DNA of 62,348 nt, filler included, from Sphacelaria rigidula (taxonomy: Eukaryota), in assembly GCA_964200075.2 (NCBI GenBank). It is 11 parts of 11 records of this genome, joined end to end, with 100 filler letters (N's around TTAATTAATTAA, not from the genome) between each part and the next. Parts side by side here need not be neighbours in the genome. Positions count along the whole stretch, not along the records: positions 11,356 to 16,932 come from CAXNAA020026165.1; positions 17,033 to 22,609 come from CAXNAA020026166.1; positions 22,710 to 28,286 come from CAXNAA020026167.1; 8 more parts are not named here. One strand, written 5' to 3'. Every line of letters begins with the position of its first letter. Positions within the stretch are counted from its first letter, which is position 1. The notes under the pieces were generated by a model, which saw only the letters and a list, made by a program, of their open reading frames with translations, did no database searches and was not told the origin of the DNA. Both the position numbers and the translations under genes were made by a program. Positions 12,488 through 24,532 of the stretch are shown one piece after another.

Positions 12488-14650
12488 ACAGTCACGTGAA
12501 TCTGCACGTGTGCATTTGCAGCTAGTTTTACTCGGACATCTAGTGCGTTTGCGCACCTACTCAAGCTTGCAGCACACTGATCATAGCTAGGAAGGTGTGG
12601 AACCTGTCTATACCCCCCTCTGTATCACACAGTACCCCATTCGAGGTTTTCGGCGGTCTGGTTGGTGAGATACCGCACAACGCACTTTTACGCCTGGGGG
12701 GGGCATTCCCGAACTGAAACTGTTTCAGGCACTGATCGTTTTTTCCTGAAAGAGGGGATATGAAGTTGCAATGGACTGACTACGTCGTTGCGATCAAGCG
12801 ATGTGTCAAATTGATCGTGTAGGTGACAGCTTTCTTTGAAGCCACCGCTTCACCAGCTGGGTGCATTACTCCTCGAACTATGGCGATGTCAAAATCAACG
12901 GGAAAGTCGATTGTTTCGGGTTTCACTTTAAATCCGATGTTACACTCTGAATCTCACGAATACAGTTTTCTATGTACCCTTTTATTTTTGTGGCTCCCTC
13001 AGGGCACACGAGACCATTTGGCTATCCCCCATAATGCCTCCGCAGGGATGTGCAGCCTTCGAGAGGCAAAGACAAGCCTCAGGGGGCGTTTAATCCCTCT
13101 GGAGGACACCAAAAGTTGCTCCTCTGGAGTGCCGCGCACCCCTCCGGAGGCATTTCATTGCTCCAAAGGGTCGAGAGTTGACCGCCGGATTTTGGGGATA
13201 GCCAACTGGCCGCGTGGGGGGAGAGGGGGGGGGGGGGTAGGCTAGTAGCCCCCTCCCGAGTGCCGCACAATCTCCCATAAAATTGATCGCATACTAAACT
13301 CTGTGCAGTATCAGGCAGCGTCGGAGGTGGGGTACCCCCCCATTGATGTATGTGACGGGGGTAGCATACGATCAACACACATCCCTGATACGGAGGTGCA
13401 GAAATATAAACAGAAAAAATAAACAAATACATAAAAATATATATGAAATATAATGAACGTAATAAGAAAACAGAGATGGCTAAAGAAGAAAACTAAAGTG
13501 AAAAGACAAAAAACCATAACAAATGAGTTGAGAAAAATAGAAGGAGTAGAAAAGAAGGTATGTCAGGCTGTTAACTCGACCCGTTGACTCTGTACTGTTG
13601 TCGATTGAAATGAAGGAGCAGTTTAACTGAAACTCTACGAGGGTGCTCATCATAAGTTCCTTCCGTTATTACCGATTTACACAAGCAGCGTATTAGATGT
13701 GCGAGTTATGGCTATTTTGTTTGTACGTTTTGTCCAAGGCTTCCGCAGAGGGTGGTCTTAGTCGGGGATCGTCTCCAACCACGACCACCGCTACATGAAG
13801 CCAAGCTACCAAACCCACAGCAGCACCCAGGTGTTCCCGACAAGGAACAGGCGTGAGTACTTGGTACGTGCTTGAGGATTAACGTGCATTATACAGGCGA
13901 TATGAAGGGAACGTAAACTGGAGAAAAAGTAGTTTTTTCGGCGCACCGGTGGAGTGGGGGTGGGGTGGGGATACATAGGTAGGTGTGCGGCTGGATTTCA
14001 ATTTTCGTGTACCCGACCAATGAGTTCTTCTGAAAGTGTCGGCGGGGGTCTGCGTTGAGAATTTTCCCGGACACGTAGTCCCCCCCGCTGTCGGCGGGCA
14101 CTTTTTCGAAAAATGTCGTGATTTATGTGATATTGCTTGTCAAATATTGTTGAAGAAATTGATCGAAGAACACGGACAAAGATGAAAAGTTTGGTGGGCT
14201 TTGCGACGTTCGTAATTTGCCTTCTCCTCCTTGCCCGCTCTGTCACGATGATCTCGGATGCCGGCCACGCTCACACACATATCTGCACACGAGCGCACGG
14301 TGTCAAATACCGTTAACGCCAGGGTCGTTTTTGTTTTTCTTCATTTTGCTCAAAACCTCCACGTGTGCCAGGTTTGTGCCGTTGGTACCTGCGGCGGTGT
14401 TGCCGCGTGCGTCAGCCGTGGCTTACCACTAGTTATTATTATTTATTATTATTAGCCTAAGTGATCCCCCACTTGGTACTGGAATCAAGTAAGTCGTGTG
14501 ATCCTTCTCGGAGCAGTAATTTACATCAAAACCCACCTTCCACTACTACAATAAAGTAAACGGCTCGGCAAGAGTCACAATAAAGGCGGGGCAGTTCAAC
14601 GGTCTCGACAAAACAGAAAAGACCACGAACAGTAAGAGGCCACAAAAAAG

Positions 14651-14848
14651 GCGCCGTCCCATTTGAAAACAAATAATGGCCTCCCCTGCCAGTAGAGGTG
14701 TTTTCACGTCCTCTGCCCGCCGTCCCATTTTCAAGAAAAGGGGGCAGAGGTTTGGAAACATAATGGCCTTCCCTGCCAGTAGAGGTTTTTTCACATCCTC
14801 TGCCCGCCGTCCCATTTTCAAAAAAAGGGGACAGAGGTTTGGAAACAT
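14651..14848. repeat. 87-bp tandem repeat (two full units plus a partial)
   Basis: TAATGGCC at 14674 and 14761, near-identical units. Confidence 0.95.
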
Positions 14849-14985
14849 TTTTCGACTCTTCACGGCAAACTGCCTGGTTTTTCCGCTTTTGTCTTGTTCT
14901 ACTTTTGCAAGTTTTCCCTCACATGTCGAGGAGTTTAGTCGTACGGTAAACTATAAGGGAAGTCGCTTTGCACTTAAACTATCTG

Positions 14986-15366
14986 GAACCCAGGTTTTCC
15001 TAGCAAGACCCATGTAACAGCATAGCGCGTTGAGGGTGTCTCCAGTTCGGAACACACCGAACAAACACCACAGTATTATAGCGTGAATCATCGGTTGAGT
15101 ATACCTCTACAGTTGCTCTGGTAACCGAACAGCTGCTTGCTCGAAAGTACGACACCTAATCAGCATGCCATCATCATGCAACCCGTTTTTCTCGCACGTG
15201 CCCAAGAGTTTACTACCGGGGAAGTAGCTCTCTGAAGGTACTGTCATGAACCCAGATTTTCCTAGCAAGACCCATGTATCAGCGTAGCGCTTTGAGAGTG
15301 CCTTCAGTTCAAAACACTCACCGTACAGGCAAGACAGTATTATAGCGTATATTATCGGTGGAGTAG
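14986..15366. repeat. ~115-bp direct repeats with a 262-bp period
   Basis: GAACCCAG(G/A)TTTTCCTAGCAAGACCCATGTA at 14986 and 15248, each followed by ACAGTATTATAGCGT. Confidence 0.85.
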
Positions 15367-16204
15367 CTTCACAGTTTGAAGTTGGACCCCACTACAACCA
15401 AAGTGCAGAAATGCAAACGGAATTGTCAACTTTGCTCAACAGGCATCACGGAAATGTACGACTGAATCGAGAACGTGGACGAATGCTGTTCGTTCACATT
15501 GTTTCACATACCAGAATATATAGCACCACATTTTCATTGACATGGTGCCCCATGGGCTATGCCCGCGTACCGCAGTCAATACACGATAGCATGATCAAGT
15601 ACATGACAGTCGGGCAAGAAACACAACCCGTGCACACGAAATCATCCAGTTATGTGCAGTATAATATCAAGATATCAGCGGAGCAACACATGAACGGTCA
15701 GCAACGACATGGTTTCCCCTATACAGAACAAGAAGTGTCTAGATACTCATTTATGGACCAATAACCCATGCATGCCTGAGATGTACGATACGTTATAGGG
15801 TACTGGTGGTGATTCATCCGTCTGTGTGGTTCATCTGTGTGAGGAGTTCGTCTCGCTGTTTCGCTGCGCGTGTGCTGCGCGTGCGATATGATGCGGGCGA
15901 TACGCCCAAGTACATGACATCCCGGCAAACAACACAAACCATGCGTTCGAAATCTGTTAGGAAATGAGGCTGTGGAGCCATGCTCTTCAACGCTTCGTAT
16001 GGTACTGACTTTACATATATGTAGTGTTGGGATCGCGGGTACCGGTCACGAAGGTTTGGTCTGATGTGGGGGCGTATAATGTGGGATAGTAGCTGTTATA
16101 CATGAAGTAATCTTCTCTTTGACCGTGTACCTCCGGTGGGTTGTTTTGTTTTGTCTTGCCCACAAGCGGCACCTTGAACACTATCTTCTGTCTACACTCC
16201 GAAG

Positions 16205-16400
16205 CAGCCTGTCTGCTTGCTTGGCTTAACCGCCATTGCGCCAACTCTAGCGACGACGACAAAGGGGTCCCGAGTGAATCCTCCCACAGGTTTATTGAGC
16301 CTCGATTTGTGTTGGTGCTGACGGAGCGGACGTTTGACCTTGGAAGGAAGGAAGGGCAGCAGCAAAAGGACAGATCTTTGCTGGAAAACAACGTGAGTTG
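16205..16400 (+). pseudogene. possible hAT dimerisation-domain relic
   Basis: LLAWLNRH...TERTFDLG...RSLLENNV loosely follows the WW...SERxFS...R..L pattern. Confidence 0.25.
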
Positions 16401-16858
16401 AGTCCAAGTAAGACGGCACTGTGTGTGTCTGGCACTACAACAGTGCCTGGCGTTACGACTGAGAACGGCACTTACTTTGTGCGCACCTGGCCTCATCGCA
16501 GCACGGAGATCTCGCTGCGGTACGAAGTGATAATTTTTGAAAAATCGGGACAACCGCAGGTGAACAGGAGAAGCTCTGCAACTGTGACGACACGCATCTG
16601 CTCTCGACTGGCGGTACAGCAGGGTACCACAACCTGAATCGAGTAGGGCGTGTGATATATTCTTTGAGGAGATGAGAACAGCGTGCGCAGCACCACGGCT
16701 GACCTGCGGAAAGAGTAACAGTCAGAAGTCGGATCCTTTTTTCGGATTTTTTTTTTTCCGCGCCCACCACAGAAGTGCACAACCGTGCGCAGTGTTTGTA
16801 AAATCTTCTATACTGACTTCCTATCTGCGCCTTTCAAGCTACTCAAGTTAAGCGACGT

Positions 16859-16932
16859 GGTGTACTCATCATCATGTATGCCATAGTCATCAGACCATTG
16901 ACCTCGCATCCCTACAAAGCTGGGACGGAGCA
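16859..16932 (+). repeat. G-tract-headed ~115-nt repeat, family A (truncated by contig end)
   Basis: TGTACTCAT.ATCATG.ATGCCATAGTCAT.AGACCATTGACCTCGCATCCCTACAAAGC.GGGACGGAGCA. Confidence 0.9.
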
Positions 16933-17032
16933 NNNNNNNNNNNNNNNNNNNNNNNNNNNNNNNNNNNNNNNNNNNNTTAATTAATTAANNNNNNNNNNNN
17001 NNNNNNNNNNNNNNNNNNNNNNNNNNNNNNNN
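16933..17032. other. artificial contig linker
   Basis: 44N-TTAATTAATTAA-44N. Confidence 0.99.
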
Positions 17033-17117
17033 CGTCTGTGTCGATGAGATATTGCTTCGAGAGCTTAAATCCGCGTCTAGGCCGGCCCAGCTCGTAGAAA
17101 TTTGGAAAAATACTGGA

Positions 17118-17418
17118 AACAACGTTTTCGTGAGATTGAGAGTAGAGTGCTGATTGAGAGTGGCTTTGATCATTCGCTTTAACTTGGCCAATTTTTTATC
17201 CAGTGTGTACTTTCCTTTGCCTCCATTACTGGTCTGTGCTCATAGCTACACGTCGATATCCTACTCAGGGATATCAAGGGCGTCAGTGGCAAGCTACTAC
17301 AGGAAGCATATTGGGCCTCGTAGAGGGGCATTTCGGAACTGAAACAATTCATTCACTAATTGACCGCTTTTCATCTTCAATCGTATCCCCTACTCTCAAT
17401 CACACGAAAACGCTGTTT
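17118..17418. mobile_element. MITE-like element with ~29-bp inverted repeats
   Basis: AAACAACGTTTTCGTGAGATTGAGAGTAG / CTACTCTCAATCACACGAAAACGCTGTTT. Confidence 0.55.
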
Positions 17419-18149
17419 GGAGTAGACAAGAAGAATTAAGTGGCCAGAGAAAGTACAAAACTACAACACACAAAATAAAATGGGAAGCCAAGATCTGCTG
17501 CTGTGCTGCCGTGCTGCTGTGCTGCGTGCTGTACGCCGTTTACCACAGACTATAGCGACTGTACAGTACATTGTACGTGTATATGTTTTGTGTCGTGTGC
17601 TGTCATGAAAACGTTTTTCAGATTTGCGATCGATCAGACTGGCGATGTGAACGACTAGTTCCAGAGAATACACGTATTTTAGACCCGCAGTCGATGATAG
17701 CAGAGTTTTTCGCCCAAAATATCACAGCAGGCCAGCATTTTACAATCGTGTTCCCACCCCTATGGTGAAAAATTATGCTCAATTATGTTCCTCATGTGAA
17801 AGTTATGCTCCTCACGTGAAATTTATGCTCGATTATGCCATTTGCTGAAACGCTATGCAATTTTGCTACTTGCTGAAACGCCATGCTTTTTACGCTACTA
17901 CGGTGGAATTATTCCAGAAATTATGCTAGGATAATAATCAGAAGCCTCACCGCTGTGTGGGTAGTCCATCTGGATCACGCATACGTTCTTCAAGTGAATA
18001 TTAATGCCGATTCAGCAGGTGACCTACCCTCCTCGCGGTCAAAGGGTTACGCAGCACGGCAAAAATAAATAATAATTTCTCACGCGACGAAGGTTGAACC
18101 AGTATCAACTCTCTCTCTGTATCTCTCTCTCGCATACACACCCAGCCCA

Positions 18150-18572
18150 TCTCGTTTGAACAGGACGTCGAGAACACACGAATATCTCGCGTGACCATTC
18201 TTGAGTCGAGCATAACGTTCACATGATGATCGTTCAAACCAGCCCGACAGCAAAAAGGGTGAAAATGTAACCTGCCCATCTTTGCACTACTCGCGGATAC
18301 CCGCACTTCTGAAGGCATTCCAATAACATGCGCCAACTCGGGACACCTGTACTGCCTTTCCGCTACTACTCCGAAGGTTACACACACACAAACACGGAAT
18401 TCACAGTACGCAACTAGATGCACAAAAGGTCGACACACGGAGACATGCACACCAAGACACACGGCGTGCATACAAAACTTTGCCCCTAGGACAACGGGAT
18501 TCTTTTGCCAACTCTTCATATACACACCGCACTTCGTCAGGACCACTGTCCCAATCGTATCCAGAGATAAAT

Positions 18573-18606
<34 letters not shown>

Positions 18607-18740
18607 CGCAGCCCGATCAAGACAGCTACCCCAACTATACATAGATGCCACAATATATCACCATCAAGCGCAATTGAATCACCAGTGACATATTCGGTCC
18701 CACAAACATGCAACCACCATAATTCCTCATTGTAACCATG
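18150..18740 (-). pseudogene. decayed exons with BAH-like and Ulp1(C48)-like segments
   Basis: Across frameshifts: YGGCMFVG/TEYVTGDSIALDG/YIVASMYSWG...PDEVRCVYEELAKESRCPRGKVL (BAH-like); then GLNDHHVNVMLDSRMVTRDIRVFSTS (resembles the WLND..IN...F.T.F start of C48 proteases). Confidence 0.35.
18580..18606. repeat. (CA)n microsatellite
   Basis: Direct reading. Confidence 0.95.
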
Positions 18741-19398
18741 ACGGCATCAGCCCCACCGCAGCACTCCTCCCACCTTTCCCCCAGATATGTAGGGGCATGG
18801 GATGAGGATTTAGGGATCCGCCGACAGTTGAACGTGTTATTTTCAACACTAGCACGACAGGGTTGGGAAATCCTCGAACCAGGTTAAGAACAGATGAAAA
18901 AAAAAATGAAAAAAAATGAAGGAAAAATGAAAGAAAAAAAGTGGCGCTTCCGAGACGACGCCAACAAAATCAAGTCTCAACTTTCAGGTAATTACTGTCA
19001 TTGAGGAATGATGCGTCTACGGGGACGAAAAGCCGCGAAGTCGGCGATAATGGAGCTCGACACTGGCAGAGAGCATGTGCAAAACAAAGCTAACCACAGA
19101 AAAAATAATAAAAAAACTTATAGTAGTAATAGTAGTAAGGACATGTGTGTTTGTTTTTCAATCGACCATCATAAGGAGGGTGCACGTTCATACACTAAAA
19201 AAGCCAATATAAAACAAATAACACACAAAGGATCATCCCCCATGCAGTCCCACCATTCTCCCCCTCCCCCCCTCCCATCCTCGCCCGGATACCGACGTTC
19301 TACAACACCACCAGGGACTCACTTGCGAGCTTCACGGGACACGCAACAAAGGCAGGCACAGGCACACCAACAAAAACGCAAACCAATGCACATCACAC

Positions 19399-20673
19399 CG
19401 TCTCTACGCCAGAGTTACCCCCTAATAGGCTGCTGGAGACGTCGGCGCGATCTCTACCAGAAGGGTACATCTGATACGCAACGATAACGCTAAATAGCGA
19501 AACCCAGGCGGCCAGGGTAATCGCCAAAGGGAACGAACTGTCGCACGATTCCGCCGTTGAGTCCGAAGTCATCCCATCGCCTTCTACGGAACCACCGACA
19601 CCGCCCCCATCCCGCTCTTCACTTTCTCCACTTTGTTCCTCTACATTGTACTTCCCGACGATTTTCGCCTGTGCGTCGTCGATCAGCCGAACGTCAATTG
19701 CCGGAGGTTGCGGGACATCACCTGCGGCGCCACGTGCCGAAAATTCTGGCAACTCCTTGCTCACACGATTCCGCCCCTCTCCATCTACTCGCGCCGCTAA
19801 TTTGTCATTATTTACTCCGTCAAGGACTCTTTTTCGTTCGACAGACTCACGCCCGCCGTCCTGCACTACTTTTTCATGTCCTTCCCCCCGGTCGCTGTCG
19901 CCTAGCCTCCGTTTTCTGCCGACAGCGATAGCTTTGCTCTCCTCGCCGTCTTCACGGGCGAGGACACGCCCCGGCTTACTTTTATCTCTTCCAATGACCA
20001 CTTTCTCTTCGATATCTTCTGCAACGTCACCGTCCACCTTGCCGAGGTTCTCCGACCCTTCCTCTTCGGCAGTCACCGCCACCCCTGCTTTCCTCTTGCC
20101 TGTGGTAGGCGTTTTCCCTTCCGAATGCTGCTCTTCGCTCTTTTCGTGACCATTCTCTCCTTTCCCCCCCTTGGAGTCAGCGACCACTAGGCCCGCCCCT
20201 TGAAGGATGACGGCGGAGTCGACTGCTTCAATCATCCACACGCCCGGCTCGCACGCCATTGCCTGACAGATTGTGTTTTGCACAACCCCCCCAACGAGAA
20301 CAAAAAAAGGAGCATCGGCAAACGAAGATGAGACGGGCATAAAACAAGAGAGTCAGACGCACCTCATACAGTGTTGTTTTTTTCAATGGTATGGAGGCGG
20401 TACTTTTAGGCATCAGGCGCCCCATTACAGCACACCTGGCGTCTGACGGTGCTGAAAGTTGACCTATGTGTGGGTCGAAGCCGCACGTAGGTGTTGACGC
20501 AGTGGTTGCGGCGACCCAAGGCGTTGTATGCACTGTGTGGCTTGACAAGATGATTATGCACGAGGCTGCAGTGATTCCGAAAACAAGAACACTTTCCAAT
20601 GACAATTCTCGAGAGTGACGATATGAAATTCGTGCGGAGGCAGGAGTAGATCTTGCCAGACCGTCACTCAAGG
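19399..20673 (-). CDS. two open exons (20363-20673, 19399-20262) of a large unknown protein: papain-like FDPH segment followed by a charged low-complexity linker
   Basis: The 100-nt GT-AG intron 20263-20362 joins ORF 20228..20680 to ORF 19393..20340 in phase 0 (LYE|AMA); motif CIIILSSHTV...GFDPHIG. Confidence 0.6.
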
Positions 20674-21662
20674 CTAGCACGAAGACGGGAAAGAACCATC
20701 AGTTAAGGTTCTCCATATCTTAGAGGCAGATGCCGTTGAGCTTTACACGCTGTGTCGAGCGAGACGCGGCTGCAAAGCATCGCGAAAGTAGAGGATGTGT
20801 TCAGTCAAGGATCACTGCGGACCTGCTCGGGCAGGGGGCAACGTCTCCTCCCTCACAACGCCAGACTTTGCGTGGTGGTGACCACGACGGCGTGAGAATG
20901 ACAGGGCGGTTGCCGTACTTGTCTTCCACCAGAATCAACCGGATATTCTTCGGGAGCATGCTCCCACGTGAAGATATTTACCTTTCTCAGACAGGCGCGT
21001 GATCGCCGCTTTGCGGAATTTTTACTAAGTTCCAGAATAGGATAGAGTGCGAGTTGCAAATTTTTTTCAACATTTTCACGCTTGGATCGCAGGTATTCTA
21101 GCCCTGCCGAGGCGTGGTTCGCATCGTACAATCGGTACTACAAGTACTCGTTGTACTGCCACTAGGAACACACAGTGTCAACTTCGTCCGGTATCGCCGT
21201 GGCGAGGTACATGTCGTACAAATCAACGCTCCCCCCTTCCGCAGTGATGTGCATCCTTTCCCATCCGGCTGCCGGATGTGCGGCGGCTGGTATGTAGCTG
21301 ATGGGAAAAGGTGCATATCAGTGGTATGTAGCGCCAGGTATCCGTGCTGATGTGGAGACCTATCTTCCAAGGACGTTCGCCCCTCTAGTCTCAGCATGTT
21401 TCATGTCGTGGAGCATGACCGTCCCCAATTGACGCCGTGGATGAAAGATAATCAACGCAAAAATGTATTTATAACATTGAAAAGGAACAACAGTGCGTAC
21501 AGCAGCCGTCATGTAGGGAGCAGGAGGCCGCGACATACCTCGTGAGAATGGAAGCACAGTGCCGGTCCCGCGCGCGCATGCTATCGGAGGGTATCTTGGC
21601 AAGAGCAAATAGCCGCCGCGTCGCGATGTTGTAACAGTAAGTACAAGTGACACCATTAAGTC

Positions 21663-21850
21663 GGAAGAGAGCACAGTCTGGACGCCATATGGTCAATAGA
21701 TGCAATTTGCCAAAATTGTACTGGGTCAAGTATAGTCCTATTATAACTACTGTCGATTGACAATAGTCGCAATAGGACTATACTTAACCCAGTACAATTT
21801 TGGTCTTATGCATCGATTGACTTCATGTTGTCCAGAGTGTGCACTCTTCC
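21663..21850. mobile_element. foldback MITE (copies 25714-25918, partial 21870-21930 and 27641-27729)
   Basis: ~90-bp inverted arms CACA(G/C)TCTGGAC...ATGGTCAATAGATGCAAT...GTACTGGGT centred on TGTCGATTGACA. Confidence 0.85.
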
Positions 21851-22609
21851 TCTCACCATCCTATTTTTCTTACTATTGTCGATCGACAATAGTTGCAATG
21901 GGACTATAGTGAACCCAGTACGATTTTGGTCTGGTACATATATCGCACGGTTAGGACAAATCAAGATTTATACGAGTCGACCCGCCATGACGCGCAAGCA
22001 GTTATGCTGCATAAACCGTAGGTCCCACTGAGTCAAGGGCGGATAACACATATGCACCGCAGTCATCTTGCGCGCAGTACAGCTGTGAGAAATTTACTCG
22101 TGGTTCAGGGCCCATCGGAAGTGAAGAGTCAACCTGTATACAACTTGTCAGTCCCGCATTAGCCCGAAGGTGGGAAAAATGTGCGGGCGCTCATCCCCAA
22201 CAAGTTGGCCAAGCAAGTTGTACATGACGTTCCCGACTCATGATAATAAGAAATGCGTGACAGGTATAGTATACGCATCCAAATTTTCAGCGCAGAGTTG
22301 ACTTATGTGCCCATTATTTACCCCGGAAGTCATGGAAGGTATGAAGCGAGAACCTCCAGGTTATACTGAGCCACGCACAAGCTAAGAAGCTGTATGGATT
22401 ACAAATGATGTACGACTAGTATGATTTATTCATTGAAATGATGGCTCTGAGTGAATAAGAGTCATCATGTCACATCACCAAAAATTCTGAAACCATCGTT
22501 TGCGCAGTCGGTACCGTTCACGGTACGGTAGGGTATCACAGTAATGTTCCATACGTCGGACGAGCACGAGTGTGACTCGTGGCACTCGCACTCGTTGGGC
22601 TGCTCGTTG

Positions 22610-22709
22610 NNNNNNNNNNNNNNNNNNNNNNNNNNNNNNNNNNNNNNNNNNNNTTAATTAATTAANNNNNNNNNNNNNNNNNNNNNNNNNNNNNNNNNNN
22701 NNNNNNNNN
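22610..22709. other. artificial contig linker
   Basis: 44N-TTAATTAATTAA-44N. Confidence 0.99.
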
Positions 22710-22715
22710 GATCTA

Positions 22716-22780
22716 TTGTAGGGATGCGAGGTCAATGGTCTTGTGACTATGGCATGCATGGTCATGAGTACACCCCTCCC
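22716..22780 (-). repeat. G-tract-headed repeat family A
   Basis: TTGTAGGGATGCGAGGTCAATGGTCTTGTGACTATGGCATGCATGGTCATGAGTACACCCC. Confidence 0.9.
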
Positions 22781-23075
22781 CACTCACCTCTCAAGTAAAT
22801 TGCGCTGTGTCAGTCATATTTCTAAACAGTGAAACTTGCTGTTTTTTTTCTCATCTCTTCATACTTTGAACTCCTCCCGTTCCTCGGAACGATTCCATCA
22901 TCTAACGGGATCCGCTCATCTCCCCCCGGTACAAGCCTTGCGTTTTGGTCTCGCGGATTGGGTCAGCACTCCCGGCACCTGCGCGGACTCTCGTCAAATA
23001 AGTCCACTTGATTACTGAGTATTATTACCGCAATCAATTTATACCAGGGTACTCACCGTTATACATTTCAAAGTT

Positions 23076-23262
23076 CGTTACACGTCACAACGTAACGATA
23101 CGTCACAAAATTCGTTATACGCGGAGCCCCGTTGAAAGCCATGTCAAATCGAATTAAGCGTCGGGTCAGGCTAGCACTACGGTGAGGGACTAGGTGATCC
23201 CCCCACCGTAGTGCTAGCCTGGCTTAACTTTTGACGTGTAACGAAATTTGTGACGTGTAACG
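23076..23262. mobile_element. palindromic MITE with a perfect 18-bp central stem
   Basis: CGTTACACGTCAC TIRs; CAGGCTAGCACTACGGTG (23167-23184) / CACCGTAGTGCTAGCCTG (23204-23221). Confidence 0.8.
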
Positions 23263-24337
23263 TCAAGTTCCTTGATTCATACGGCGGGAAAGATGAGTTG
23301 GTTGATGTCATGGGACTACAAATGTGTTTCCCGAGGAACGTGAGTAGCTAACCCTTCGGGAATCGTCCCTTTCCGTCCCTGGGCTAGACGTCTAATCGTT
23401 TCAAGCCCTGACGAAGAAGAAAACATGGGAGCAGAAAAGACCGAGTGCAATCATTTTGACGGCGGAAGGCCGCAGAAGAATCTACCGGCATACGTCATGC
23501 GCGCACCAGAAACGTCACCCGGGTGCGGTCGGATTACTTTTGTCTAGTGGGGGGACGCAGCGGGTCAAGTGTGTTCAAGTTTCTGCACATAGCCAAAATT
23601 AGCACTCGCGTGCCTGAACCCTATACAAACAAAATCGGCACCATCTGTCTATTTTTGACCTACTGAGTCCCGTTATGCACTCGGGCACGTTCTTATGCGC
23701 GTCTTGAATTTCACCCCCTCGGTCTAAGGTTTTCGCTTAAAAGCTGCAAAATCTCAACCATATGTCGTTAAAAAAACAGCACCTCGAAATCCACGCTCTT
23801 CCATGGGCAGTGCCAGAAAGGGTTAAACGTATGGGCATGAAAAAAGATAGAGGAAACGTTAAATAATTTCGTCAGCGAAAACAACACGTTTCTTGCAATT
23901 TCGTGTTCAAACTCCTTTTTGATATGATGCCCACCTATCAAGCACAGGTGATCCTTCAACCGTCACAGGCTGGGTCATATCTTGGAATGAGCATCGTTGT
24001 GCCTTGAAGAAGGAATGTAGGACCCGGATGACCCGTCCAGATGACCCCCACCATGGTGGTCCAATGGTTGAGGTGTGTATACGCTCATCTCTGATGGATA
24101 TCGGTCGTTCATGGCATGCGCCCGTTGCTTCCCCCCCCCCCCCCCCCCCCCCCCCCCGCCTCCTTATCAGGATAAGGGCTGGGTATGAAGGAAGTGAAAC
24201 AAATAAACAAGGGTTCAATTCACAAGTCTAGTCTCGTGGGGGAGGGGTTGGTGAAGTCAGGGTAGAGTTTATGCGAGAAGCTGACGTGTTCGTGCGTCAA
24301 ATGCCAAAATCTCATGTCATGGGGCGAAAATTGATGT

Positions 24338-24377
<40 letters not shown>

Positions 24378-24500
24378 CCCCCCCCGCCCCCCGCCGGGTC
24401 GCGCCTGCCGCGCGGCGCCGCCCGGCGGCGGGTGCGGGNNNNNNNNNNGGTCCAGAGTTGTGCTCGCCCGTCTTTCGGCGTTTCCGGCCGGCCCCCCGTG

Positions 24501-24531
<31 letters not shown>

Positions 24532-24532
24532 G

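Noticed and set aside
24130..24532. Poly-Pro/poly-Gly ORFs and long C tracts
   Set aside because: Homopolymer runs around a 10-N gap; likely sequencing or gap-filling artefact
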